A DNA stretch of 64,000 nt. It comes from an uncultured Chromatiales bacterium. Lineage in GTDB: Bacteria > Bacteroidota > Ignavibacteria > SZUA-365. The stretch lies in the NCBI GenBank assembly GCA_964635845.1, contig CAZWNO010000004.1:821-64820 (forward strand), written 5' to 3'. Under the pieces are notes generated by a model. The model was not told the origin of the DNA. It saw only the letters and a program-made list of their open reading frames with translations, and did no database searches. The position numbers were made by a program, and so were the translations under genes. This document shows, piece after piece, positions 18,441 to 28,155 of the stretch (the stretch's first letter is position 1; every line of letters starts with the position of its first letter).

Positions 18441-19508
18441 TTGAGCCCTAGAACGAACGTCATATTGCTTGCGGCATTGGTACTGATACTCCCGACGGCC
18501 TGCGAGGACGAGCACGGACTCGCTCCACCTGACGCTCCTTGCGCTTCGTGCGATACCTGCAACAACCTGAAACTGCCGCCCACAGGTCCTTGGTACCAGG
18601 ATGGCGAAATCGTTCCCGCCGTGCAGGACACGTATCGGGGGAAAATGTCGCCGGACGGAAGGTATCTCGCGTTTCTCGGGGGCAATTCGGATTACAGGAA
18701 CGACGAAAGGACCTATCCGATCAGCGGACTGGTGGTGCAGGATGTGGCTACGAAGCGCGTGCTGCACTTCTTTCTGGGATTTTACAGCTGGTTTTCCTGG
18801 CATCCCGATGCGAAGCATCTGTATTATGTAGAGAGTTCGATACTTCGCAGATTGAATGTACAAACAGGCGAAAACGTTCGCTACGACAGCCTTGGGCATT
18901 GGGAAGGGGTGGAGGTGACTGGTTCCGGTAGGTTCATCTATTTATCAGGCTATAGAGACGGAAATGCCAGGAATGGTATCTGGCGATGCAAGGAAGACGG
19001 ATCCGAAATTTTCTTCGTAACGGATGATGCAGTGTTCAAATGGAACTACGTGACGGCCGATGATTCGCTGCTGTGCGCATTGAATCTCGGAAAAACTGCT
19101 CATCCCGAAGGCGTATACTTTCTGAACGTCTTGACCGGATCCATGCGGTTCATAGGGATTCCCTCTCTCCATGAACAATTTTACGCATCAAGTCACCGGG
19201 GATTGTTATCGAGAGATGGAAAGTTGATCCTGTTCCAACCATATGTGGAGGACAAGAAACTCAACGACGGATATGCCGATGCGGGAGTCTGGCTACTCGA
19301 TCTCGAAAGCCTGCGTTTGCGGCAGGTGTTGCCGAAGCACCTCCATTACCGGTTCCGCTTTCGGAATCCACAATGGTGCACGGACCGAACCTTCATCGCC
19401 GATTGGCTGTGTGTGAAGGACTCAACGGTATCCTTGTATGAATACTCGCTGGACGGCCGTCCGCTGAGAAGATTGACGGACAGGAATCTCCGATTCTGGG
19501 AGAAATAA
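18441..19508 (+). CDS. Hypothetical lipoprotein with TolB-like beta-propeller repeats
   Basis: Lipobox LILPTAC. Repeated SPDGRYLAF and DGKLILF blades. Confidence 0.5.
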   Translation: MSPRTNVILLAALVLILPTACEDEHGLAPPDAPCASCDTCNNLKLPPTGPWYQDGEIVPAVQDTYRGKMSPDGRYLAFLGGNSDYRNDERTYPISGLVVQDVATKRVLHFFLGFYSWFSWHPDAKHLYYVESSILRRLNVQTGENVRYDSLGHWEGVEVTGSGRFIYLSGYRDGNARNGIWRCKEDGSEIFFVTDDAVFKWNYVTADDSLLCALNLGKTAHPEGVYFLNVLTGSMRFIGIPSLHEQFYASSHRGLLSRDGKLILFQPYVEDKKLNDGYADAGVWLLDLESLRLRQVLPKHLHYRFRFRNPQWCTDRTFIADWLCVKDSTVSLYEYSLDGRPLRRLTDRNLRFWEK

Positions 19509-19574
19509 TCCGGAAGCGGAAATCAATCTACCAAGTCTCGTGATGAGTCTGTCCGGGGGTCCCGACGAACTCTT

Positions 19575-19655
19575 CGCCGGCAGGGAAAATGTGATTGAGG
19601 GAATATTCATCGCGCTCGACGCCGTCAAGCCCCATGGGCTGGGGATGGCGGGGTG
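19575..19655. repeat. ~80-bp dispersed repeat, copy B
   Basis: See copy A at 16935..17015. Confidence 0.75.
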
Positions 19656-19863
19656 AACGTGCATGTTGCCGGCGCGCCATGGATCATCCGCGATTATGCT
19701 TGTTTTGAGTGTGCGGCTTTTAATAAAATCGGGTATCTTGATCGGAATGCAAACGGTACGTCGAGGCGCGTCGCCCGGCAGGCGGTGAAGCCCGAAATTC
19801 TCGGTAAACACAAGTGCAGCGTCACGCAAAAGCTCTTACACGCGCTGGAGGTATCCTGACCTC

Positions 19864-20142
19864 ATGAATGACATGATTCTTTACACCACCGAAGACGGCC
19901 GAAGCCAGATCAAACTGCGGGCGGCTCGGCAGACGGTATGGCTTACCCAGCGAGAAATATCGGAGTTGTTTGATGTGAGCGTGGACAACATCGGCCTGCA
20001 TCTCAAGAACATTTATGAAGATGGAGAATTGGTTCGCGAGGCAACTGCCGAGGAATCCTCGGTAATTCAAATCGAGGGCAACCGTAAGGTGCGCCGCTCC
20101 TCGATACAGACGTCGCGTCGGCTACTCAGGATGAAGGTTTGA
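19864..20142 (+). pseudogene. RhuM-family protein, N-terminal fragment only (92 codons; full-length members are ~340 aa)
   Basis: ILYTTEDGRSQIKLRAARQTVWLTQREISELFDVSVDNIGLHLKNIYEDGEL matches the conserved RhuM N-terminus. The reading frame ends before the core domain. Confidence 0.55.
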
Positions 20143-20151
20143 TTCCATCTG

Positions 20152-20820
20152 TCATTTGTCATCTGTCATATTTCCGTTCTCGGTATGACGGGTGATGACG
20201 GCTTTCCTCTCGGTGAATGTATTCAGTTCCTCGTGGATCCTCGCGCGGAGGGAGCGGCGGACGCGAATGGTGTAGCGCGTGTCGTCGAGATAGGCGCGGT
20301 CGAGCACCTCGACGCCGTGCAGTTCGAGGACGTGATGTACCTGGCTGGTGACGTCGTAGGGGAAGGTGATGAGGAAGGTTTCGGTGAGATGGCGGCGTTC
20401 GATCACGCAGCGGGAGAGCACGGCGTCGGCGGCGTCGGTGTAGGCGCGGGCGAGTCCACCCACGCCGAGCTTCGTGCCGCCGAAGTAGCGCACGACCACG
20501 ATGCCGACGTCGGTCAGTCCGAGACGGTCGATGGCGCCGAGAATGCGCCTGCCCGCGGTGCCGCTCGGCTCGCCGTCGTCGCTGTAGCGGAATTCCATAC
20601 CTTCATATCCGATGCGCCAGGCGAAGCAGTGATGCGTCGCGTTGTAATGCTCCCGGCGCAGGGCATCGAGCGCGGTGGTGAACGTCCCCGCGTCGCCGCA
20701 GGGGATCGCGTAGGAAAGGAAGCGCGATCCGACTATCTTTATTTCCGTATCCTCGCGTCCGGCGACGGTCAGGAAGGAATCATCCGGGGAACTGTGGTGT
20801 TGCTGGTCTGGAGGCGGCAC
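20152..20820 (-). CDS. yigZ: IMPACT/YigZ family protein (UPF0029)
   Basis: GSRFLSYAIP..HHCFAWRIG..DDGEPSGTAGRRIL..VVVVRYFGGTKLGVGGLARAY. Confidence 0.8.
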   Translation of the reverse strand: MPPPDQQHHSSPDDSFLTVAGREDTEIKIVGSRFLSYAIPCGDAGTFTTALDALRREHYNATHHCFAWRIGYEGMEFRYSDDGEPSGTAGRRILGAIDRLGLTDVGIVVVRYFGGTKLGVGGLARAYTDAADAVLSRCVIERRHLTETFLITFPYDVTSQVHHVLELHGVEVLDRAYLDDTRYTIRVRRSLRARIHEELNTFTERKAVITRHTENGNMTDDK

Positions 20821-20890
20821 TTTTGTTCTTGCGGCTGTCTCGTTGCGATGCTTCGACTAAGGTACTGAATCCACGGGAGGTCTTCCAACC

Positions 20891-22012
20891 ATGAAAATCG
20901 GCATTACCTGTTATCCCACCTACGGCGGCAGCGGCGTCGTCGCGACGGAACTGGGCCTCGCGCTCGCGGACCGTGGCCACGAGGTGCACTTCATCACCTA
21001 TGACCGGCCGTTCCGCCTCGATCATTTCCATGACCGCGTGTACTTCCACGGCGTCGAGATCAGCGCGTACCCGCTGATCGAATTCGACCTGTACACGCTC
21101 GCGCTGACGAGCAAGCTCGTCGAGGTCGTGCGGTTCGAAAAGCTCGACATCCTCCACATGCACTACGCGATCCCGCACGCGGTCAGCGCCTACCTCGCCC
21201 GGCAGATCCTGGGTGTCGACAACATCAAGACCGTCACCACGCTGCACGGGACGGATTCGACGCTCGTGGGACTCGAACCATCCTTTCTCCCGCTCATGCG
21301 CTTCGCGCTGCAGCATAGCGACGGCGTCACGGCGGTGTCGCGCTTCCTCCGCGACAAGACGCTGAGCACCTATCAGCTCGACGTGGATATCGAGGCCATC
21401 CCGAACTTCATAGACACGGAAGTCTACGCGCCGCGCGAGTCCTGCCGCTACCGTGAACTCTTCGCTCCGGACGGCCAAAAGGTGATCGTCCATACGTCGA
21501 ATTTCCGCCCGGTCAAGCGCGTGCAGGATGTGATCCGCACGTTCGCGAAAGTCCGCGAGCAGATTCCCGCCAGGCTTCTCCTGATCGGCGACGGTCCCGA
21601 TCGAACGGATTGCGAGGTGCTGTCGCGCGAACTGCATGTGCAGGACGACGTCCGTTTCCTCGGCAAGCAGGACGCGCTCGTCGACATCCTCACCGCCTCC
21701 GATCTGTTCATGCTGCCGAGCCAGTCCGAGAGTTTCGGACTGTCCGCCCTCGAAGCCATGAGCTGTGGACTGCCCGTCATTTCCACCAGCATCGGCGGCA
21801 TTCCGGAAGTGAATCTCCACGCGGAAACCGGCTATATCGCCGAGATCGGAGACGTCGACCGCATGGCCCGCTACGCCGTCGAACTGCTCTCGAACGAGGC
21901 GCGGTACGCCATGTTCTCGAAGGCCGCGCGCCGCCGCGCGGTGGAGGTCTTCGACAAGCACATCATCGTCCCCCGGTACGAAGCATACTACGAGCGTATC
22001 CTCGGGCGGTAA
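20891..22012 (+). CDS. bshA: N-acetyl-alpha-D-glucosaminyl L-malate synthase (bacillithiol biosynthesis glycosyltransferase), GT4
   Basis: MKIGITCYPTYGGSGVVATELGLALADRGHEVHFIT..HYAIPHA..TTLHGTD..GKQD..ESFGL..EAM is collinear with B. subtilis BshA. Confidence 0.8.
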   Translation: MKIGITCYPTYGGSGVVATELGLALADRGHEVHFITYDRPFRLDHFHDRVYFHGVEISAYPLIEFDLYTLALTSKLVEVVRFEKLDILHMHYAIPHAVSAYLARQILGVDNIKTVTTLHGTDSTLVGLEPSFLPLMRFALQHSDGVTAVSRFLRDKTLSTYQLDVDIEAIPNFIDTEVYAPRESCRYRELFAPDGQKVIVHTSNFRPVKRVQDVIRTFAKVREQIPARLLLIGDGPDRTDCEVLSRELHVQDDVRFLGKQDALVDILTASDLFMLPSQSESFGLSALEAMSCGLPVISTSIGGIPEVNLHAETGYIAEIGDVDRMARYAVELLSNEARYAMFSKAARRRAVEVFDKHIIVPRYEAYYERILGR

Positions 22013-22542
22013 GCCATCTGGAGTCAGGAACAAGGACTTTCCGCACCTTCACACTGTTGCCGAAGAAGTGATGGATCGGGTGGTGATTACTTTCGGTGAC
22101 GGTCTGGTCCGGGGCCAGGGAGCGGCCGAATGACCCCAAGGTAGAGCGTGAGATTATTGCCATGAGCCGGAGCCCGGGAAAGACGACCACAGGGATAATC
22201 CCGGCTGCGGCACATAATGGATTCCGTTTGTCGCAATTAGAACAGATGCGAATCATAAAAAGATAAAATTATTTATTTAAAGGTAAACAGCAGGGAAACG
22301 ATACGCATCGCCGTATGTATGTCCATGGAATTGCACGACTTAGAGAGCAAGAATGTCCGGGTGGGCGAGAACACTTTATCAGACGAACAAGTAGGGAATT
22401 GATTTCAGGTATTGACAAAGTCTGGGCAGGCTGATTATCATTACACCAATAAGATCCGTAACACCCCTTCTCGGAGGACAGGTCGAGTGCCCGGAGAATC
22501 CCCCGGAAACAGACTGAGCTTTTGCGGTTCACCGTACGCCTG

Positions 22543-22730
22543 AACCGTCGAGCCGCGAGAACCGTCGAGCCGTGAGAACTGTCGAGCCGCGAGAACTGTC
22601 GAGGCATGAGAACCGTCGAGCTGCGAGAACTGTCGAGCCGCGAGAACTGTCGAGGCATAAGAACCGTCGAGCTGCGAGAACTGTCGAGCCGCGAGAACTG
22701 TCGAGCCGCGAGAACTGTCGAGCCGCGTGA
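22543..22730. repeat. Tandem repeat, 17-bp unit gagaacYgtcgagcYgc, about 11 copies, in the 5' leader of the gene at 22754
   Basis: Direct reading. Unit length is not a multiple of 3. The ORFs 22269..22802, 22441..22782 and 22529..22786 are repeat artefacts. Confidence 0.85.
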
Positions 22731-22753
22731 TCCAATGCAAAGGAAAAACAAGT

Positions 22754-24862
22754 ATGCAGCACAAAATATCGACGAAGCGCAACCACGTAATAATTTTAAC
22801 AACGCTGTTGATGCTTATTCTGGTAGTTGGTGCGCCGCGTCTAAATGCTCAATGGAATGCAGTTGAGCTTGCGTATGGCGGCAGTGTTCTGGATGCGATT
22901 CAGAGTACCGATAAAGGCATGTATATATTGACCGAAAGGGGCGGTATTTATACGCTTGATAAAGAAGGAACTACATGGATATATTTATGTAAATACGATA
23001 TTACAGATCCTATTGCTCTGCATTTATTCTCGGCGAATCCGAGGGCTATATACTGTTTTAGGGAAAGCATATATATATACGATCGAAAGCTGGGTATCTG
23101 GAGCGACCTGGAAACGAATAAGGTAAGCGCACTACCGGTAAAATCTGCATCAGTACTTTCAGATAGCATCATTATTTTTACGGATGGCCAGGAGGTCTTC
23201 AAGTCAACGAACTCTGGCGCATCCTGGGAAGTTGTTTTACACCATGCGCCTCTCGGATTAGACTGGATTTCGGCAATTACAGTGAACGCGAACAATACTG
23301 TCTACCTTACAGCGGAAGACACGACGTATATTTCGAACGATGGAGCTGCGAGTTGGAAAAAAATATATAATAATATGAAATTATACATTAACATCGCATA
23401 TAGGGTAAGTCGCACGATATTCCCTGTCGGAACGACGTCAATATGCAAGATTACGGAAAATGGAATTTTATTGTACTCCGATATAGACGAGGAGTGGGCC
23501 GGTGTATTTAATACTGCGGGTATGAATGCCAGACCTACGATCTTCGCAATAGACAGTTCGATATTCTGTTTTCAACGAATTTCCGACGAATTCATGATTT
23601 ATCGCAGCACTGATTGGGGTAGATCCTGGGATTCAACAGCTATCGCGTCCTTCGCTTTCGCTTTTCCGTACATCTTCGGTAGCAACGAGAGAAATCTGTA
23701 TGTAACGGATTATAGAAATTGTGTGGTAAGCATAAATGATGGGAATGGCAGTATGGCATATATGATGACTGGAATATCGGAACTTTCTACAAGATTAATC
23801 GCCGCGGAGAACCGAAGAGTACACACAAGGAGCAGCACTTTGGATGTTCATAGGGGATCTTCTGATAGCGCATTTCTTTATAATATCACAGGGCCGTGGC
23901 CTGCACGGGATATATACCTCACAACAGAAGGAGACGTTATCAGATTGGAGACGTCTATCATAGAGAAAACTACAGACGGGGGAGAAAAATGGATTGATGT
24001 GGGTGAGATTCAAAACTGGGACGCATATTTTGAAAAAACGGAAAGCGCGATTTATCTGGCAGGCAGGTATGGGGTATATTCGCTCAATACTAGAAATAAA
24101 AATATAAGAGATCTGTCGGATTCGGCGACATATCGTGTTGCCGTGAATTCACAGAAGGTTGTTACTGCAGTCACATACAGCTCGTATATTTTGATCATTC
24201 GTGAAGCGGAGGAGATATATAAAATTGATGCCAGGAATATCAATGAGTTGGTTGACGACATTTTGATATTTGACGATAATACACTGCTTTTGGCGGCTGG
24301 TGAAGAGTTGTACAGAGGTTATGGCGAAATGGGGACTTGTGTACGATTGGAGGAAGAAACATTTGATGCAACAGAAAAAATGTTGTTGCATGAGTCAGGA
24401 ATGATTTTTTCGTTGTCAAAGCAAGGCGGAGTGCAATATTCATCAGACACCGGGCGCAGCTGGATTGCAATTGACATTTCGAGTCTGGGAGCGGAAGTGA
24501 GAGATCTGGCCATTGATGATATGTTTTTATATGTATGCACCAGGGGCGCAGGGGTACATATGATGAATATTTCCAGCCTCATATTAGATGTTGATGAAGA
24601 CGCATATGATAAGAGGACGGAAAATATATTGGTATATCCTAACCCGGCGTCGACGCAGTTGACAATCCTCGGTATCAATGATTGCGATTCGCGGATAACC
24701 ATTACTTTATCAGATATAATGGGTCGTAAATTATATGTTAGGAATACCGGTAATTGTTCACCAGGTACAATCAACGTTGACAGCATGATCCCTGGTATAT
24801 ACATCATAACGATAGAGAAGAATAATTATCCCGTTGGCTCGCAGTTGGTAATAATTGAATAA
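22754..24862 (+). CDS. Secreted BNR/Asp-box repeat tandem beta-propeller protein (GH74/sortilin-like fold) with a T9SS C-terminal domain
   Basis: Signal peptide MQHKISTKRNHVIILTTLLMLILVVGAPRLNAQ. Repeated SxDxGxxW blocks (STNSGASWEV, SNDGAASWKK, STDWGRSWDS, TTDGGEKW). C-terminal YPNPASTQLTIL..PGIYIITIE. GC is about 40%. Confidence 0.65.
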   Translation: MQHKISTKRNHVIILTTLLMLILVVGAPRLNAQWNAVELAYGGSVLDAIQSTDKGMYILTERGGIYTLDKEGTTWIYLCKYDITDPIALHLFSANPRAIYCFRESIYIYDRKLGIWSDLETNKVSALPVKSASVLSDSIIIFTDGQEVFKSTNSGASWEVVLHHAPLGLDWISAITVNANNTVYLTAEDTTYISNDGAASWKKIYNNMKLYINIAYRVSRTIFPVGTTSICKITENGILLYSDIDEEWAGVFNTAGMNARPTIFAIDSSIFCFQRISDEFMIYRSTDWGRSWDSTAIASFAFAFPYIFGSNERNLYVTDYRNCVVSINDGNGSMAYMMTGISELSTRLIAAENRRVHTRSSTLDVHRGSSDSAFLYNITGPWPARDIYLTTEGDVIRLETSIIEKTTDGGEKWIDVGEIQNWDAYFEKTESAIYLAGRYGVYSLNTRNKNIRDLSDSATYRVAVNSQKVVTAVTYSSYILIIREAEEIYKIDARNINELVDDILIFDDNTLLLAAGEELYRGYGEMGTCVRLEEETFDATEKMLLHESGMIFSLSKQGGVQYSSDTGRSWIAIDISSLGAEVRDLAIDDMFLYVCTRGAGVHMMNISSLILDVDEDAYDKRTENILVYPNPASTQLTILGINDCDSRITITLSDIMGRKLYVRNTGNCSPGTINVDSMIPGIYIITIEKNNYPVGSQLVIIE

Positions 24863-24945
24863 TCGAGCGCAATATCGTTTGTGTCACAGCCTCGAAATCA
24901 GTATTACGGATCAAATATGAGCACGCCATGGCTCGAATAGAACAA

Positions 24946-25407
24946 TTCGTTGGCAAACATCACGCGCTGATTCTTCACGTCCGCCACGACACTGACGTAG
25001 CGATGAACCCGGCTACGCGACATCTCATCGATCGCGATCGCCGTCACATCGTCAAAATCCTCGCGCTCCCGCGTACGTCCAACGTGGTGGTCAAGTATGC
25101 ACTACAGACGCGTGTCACTTTCCCGCACCTGTCGCGCGATGGCAGCGACCGGCATCTGCGGCTCCATGCTCATGACCAGGGCTTCGAAGAGCAATGTGAA
25201 ACCACTGCTCGTCCGCGCCCAAGGGACATGGACATGCAAGACGCCACATCGTTCGCAAATAAATCGGGGAACGCGGGCATGGAGGTAGCAGACATGTTGG
25301 AAGAAGTCAATATGATGCCATTGTTTCTCGACCGTGTCATGCTGCGGAAGGTCCGCAGCAGCACAGATCGGACAGATGAACAGGCGGTCCACCGGGAAGT
25401 CCAGCAA
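24946..25407 (-). pseudogene. ISL3-family transposase remnant A (N-terminal ~150 codons including the zinc finger; C-terminal DDE part absent)
   Basis: MLDFPVDRLFICPICAAADLPQHDTVEKQWHHIDFFQ..RCGVLHVHVPWARTSSGFTLLFEALVMSM matches the ISL3 Tnp N-terminus. About 85% identical to 28505..28900. Interrupted by a stop. Confidence 0.7.
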
Positions 25408-25651
25408 AAGATCGAGACAAGACTTATCAGCAGGGAATTCACTGTGCTTGCAGAACCAGGATGGTGTCAGTCCAAGAGCATCGGCGAAGAGCGTTTTGGT
25501 AGGAGAAAGTATGGGTTGATTCGCGCTGTGAAAGATGCCCGAAACCTGCGCAAATCAGGCCATTCACGCTATGCTATCCACGCGAAACAGAGAGGAGCCA
25601 GCGCTGTCCTAGACAGCGCCGTAGTCAGGCAATATTATTACATAACACAAT

Positions 25652-27757
25652 ATGCTATATAGAATGAATACGAAAATGCTATTATTAGGAAGTATTTTAC
25701 TAATGCTGATTGTAAGCGGCCAGCGTAGCTTTTCACAAGAGAATTGGAAATGGGTAAATCCGGAACTCACCGGACGTGCATTATTTGATGTATGCAGTGC
25801 CAGTGACAGCGTTATTATAATAGTAGGTCAGGACGGCGAAATACTTCGCTCCAGAGATGGTGGAAGGACATGGCAGAATATTGAAACGGCTGCAATTGAA
25901 GACATCACATCGGTATCGTTTTGCGATAATATGCATGGGATCCTTGTTGGTAAGCAAGGACTGGTTATGTCGACCGAGGATGGAGGTCTTACCTGGAACA
26001 TGAGAGAGTCTATGGTCACTTGGGATTTACAGGCTGTCGCCACTCGAAATGCGAATGTTATTGCTGCTGGTGTTAATGGTACCATTACAAGATCGACAAA
26101 TTACGGAATGGACTGGGTTAATATCTCTTTGATGACAATAGATGATATAACAGGAATCGATTTCATTGATGATACAACTATAATAATGGTAGGTTTATCT
26201 GGATTAATCAAGCTATCAACGGATTTCGGAAAAGGATGGGTAGCCATCCAGCCCCCAGTCGAAAGGGATTTTTTTTCTGTCGCATTTTCTGATGAAAAGA
26301 CAGGAATTATCGGCGGCTCATATGGATTACTCGGTACGACTGATGGAGGCATATCCTGGTTCATAATAGAAGACGAAGTATTAAAAAGAATAAATAGTGT
26401 TTCCGATGCAGGTGACGGCAATTTCATAGCTGTTGGAGTTGTTGGTGCTATAAAAATGGGTAATATGAGTATTTCGAGTTGGCGAGAGATTAGTGAATGG
26501 GATGATGTCGATCTAACTGGAGTTAAGTACGTAAATGATAGTATTATTGTATGCGTCGGATTCTATGGTGAGATACTTGTTTCGCGTAATGGAGGTGAGA
26601 GTTGGGCAAGAGGAAATAAAGGAGTCAGATCGAGACTAAGAGACATTACTTTGTTCGAGTCTTACTCGGGTTGCATCGTTGGTAATGACGGTACCGTGAT
26701 CATAACCGATGATGATGGCGAGACATGGGTTCCCATTGATGCAGGTATTGCATGGAATTTGAAGGCGGTAGAGTATGTTGGAAATGATGGATTATTTGCC
26801 TCTGGAACGCAAGGCATTATCAGGTCGAATGATGCGGGGTTAACCTGGAGCGATGTTCTTTTGGGCTCGGAAGAAAGTATTAATAGTATATTTTTTACCG
26901 ATATGGAGGCAGGCTATGCGGTGGGGGACAATGGTGCTATGATACGGACGATCGATGGCGGATTGTCGTGGGTTAGGATGGGTACGAATTTAAACCAAAG
27001 TCTACATGATATATACTTTAAAAGTAAGGATACTGGTGTACTTGTGGGTAATTATGGAATTATCGAGATCACGTATAATGGTGGTGACACTTGGAACAGC
27101 ATTGGAGATGAGCTCGAAGATATTCACTTGACGTCTGCGGTAATAAGTGAGGAGGGAATTGTGGTAGCAGTTGGACGGGATTCGCGAGTATGTATATCTC
27201 ATGATTATGGTGCAAGTTGGGACTTTCAAGATATACGTGGTGTATCTGTGATGCAAAAAGTTATCATTCTCGCGGATAATAGCTATGCAATATGTACCAC
27301 ATTAGGAAAAGTATTCCGTTCAATTAATTTAGATGGCGAATGGCAAGACATGAAGACGGGAATACGAAATACATTACATTCGCTTGCGTGTAATTCGTCT
27401 GGTTATTTGTACGCTGTCGGAGAAGGTGGTACGATTGTCAGAACAAATACAAAGATATTGGAAATAGAGGACATCCCAGGAGATGACTTTTCAGGAGCAG
27501 TTACTGCTGAGGTGTATCCATTCCCAATAGTAGCTGACAAAGTCCGGATCCGACTACCGAAAATCGTAGTGAATGGAATAGCAACAATATTTATACATGA
27601 CCTTGCCGGCCGACTGATTTGGCGATGTGTGGCAACTTTCGATGGATATGGCGGGCTGGAAGCGGAAATAAACATCCCGAATTTGAAACCAGGGATATAT
27701 TATTCAAGAATATATGTTGATAATAAAAACTATTTTGCAAAAATGATTGTCGAATGA
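25652..27757 (+). CDS. Secreted BNR/Asp-box repeat tandem beta-propeller protein (Ycf48/GH74-like) with a T9SS C-terminal domain, paralogue of 22754..24862
   Basis: At least 11 S/TxDGGxTW blades (SRDGGRTWQNIE, STEDGGLTWNM, TTDGGISWFII, SRNGGESWARG, TIDGGLSWVRMG and others). Signal peptide. C-terminal KPGIYYSRIYVDNKNYFAKMIVE. Confidence 0.65.
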   Translation: MLYRMNTKMLLLGSILLMLIVSGQRSFSQENWKWVNPELTGRALFDVCSASDSVIIIVGQDGEILRSRDGGRTWQNIETAAIEDITSVSFCDNMHGILVGKQGLVMSTEDGGLTWNMRESMVTWDLQAVATRNANVIAAGVNGTITRSTNYGMDWVNISLMTIDDITGIDFIDDTTIIMVGLSGLIKLSTDFGKGWVAIQPPVERDFFSVAFSDEKTGIIGGSYGLLGTTDGGISWFIIEDEVLKRINSVSDAGDGNFIAVGVVGAIKMGNMSISSWREISEWDDVDLTGVKYVNDSIIVCVGFYGEILVSRNGGESWARGNKGVRSRLRDITLFESYSGCIVGNDGTVIITDDDGETWVPIDAGIAWNLKAVEYVGNDGLFASGTQGIIRSNDAGLTWSDVLLGSEESINSIFFTDMEAGYAVGDNGAMIRTIDGGLSWVRMGTNLNQSLHDIYFKSKDTGVLVGNYGIIEITYNGGDTWNSIGDELEDIHLTSAVISEEGIVVAVGRDSRVCISHDYGASWDFQDIRGVSVMQKVIILADNSYAICTTLGKVFRSINLDGEWQDMKTGIRNTLHSLACNSSGYLYAVGEGGTIVRTNTKILEIEDIPGDDFSGAVTAEVYPFPIVADKVRIRLPKIVVNGIATIFIHDLAGRLIWRCVATFDGYGGLEAEINIPNLKPGIYYSRIYVDNKNYFAKMIVE

Positions 27758-28155
27758 GCGCTCATAGCTCTGACATGATGTGTTGAATTGAGCGTCGTCG
27801 ATTTAGGATGTAATATCGATGCAGTTTTGCTGCAAAATAGCGATTAACACGCAAAATATCGATCAGAGCCTTGCCGCGCCCCTCTCTGTCAGGATAGTTG
27901 ACCTTGCGCTGTGAAGTCAGAACTACATCAGTAGCGACGTCAAGTTGCACCTGTGATAAGGTTGGGCCCCTTGATATCGCCGATCAAACAGAGGTATTAA
28001 ACAGGTCTTAGCTGCATCTTTCAAGAGCAGGTGTGTTGAGCGTCAGGAGAAAAGTCGGAAGGCGTATTCGGTCAGGTACGAACGGTTAAGACGAACGTAA
28101 GTCAACCATCGAAGAAGTATCGAGAGCAGCATTCGCCGTCGAAACCGGGATTTAG

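Noticed and set aside
22543-22730. Possible CRISPR array (regular short repeats); the same question applies to 10628, 29060, 38400 and 52603
   Set aside because: The repeats are contiguous tandem units with no unique spacers, the units are 6-22 bp (too short), and no cas genes are nearby.
22269-22802. ORFs translating to repeated STVLAARQFSRLD peptides
   Set aside because: They are produced by the 17-bp tandem repeat in the leader of the BNR gene. The repeat unit is not a multiple of 3 and there is no plausible start or RBS.
24928-25662. 244-aa + ORF and 28420..28818 + ORF inside the ISL3 remnants
   Set aside because: They are antisense to the recognisable ISL3 transposase reading frames. 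The two copies conserve the minus-strand protein sequence.
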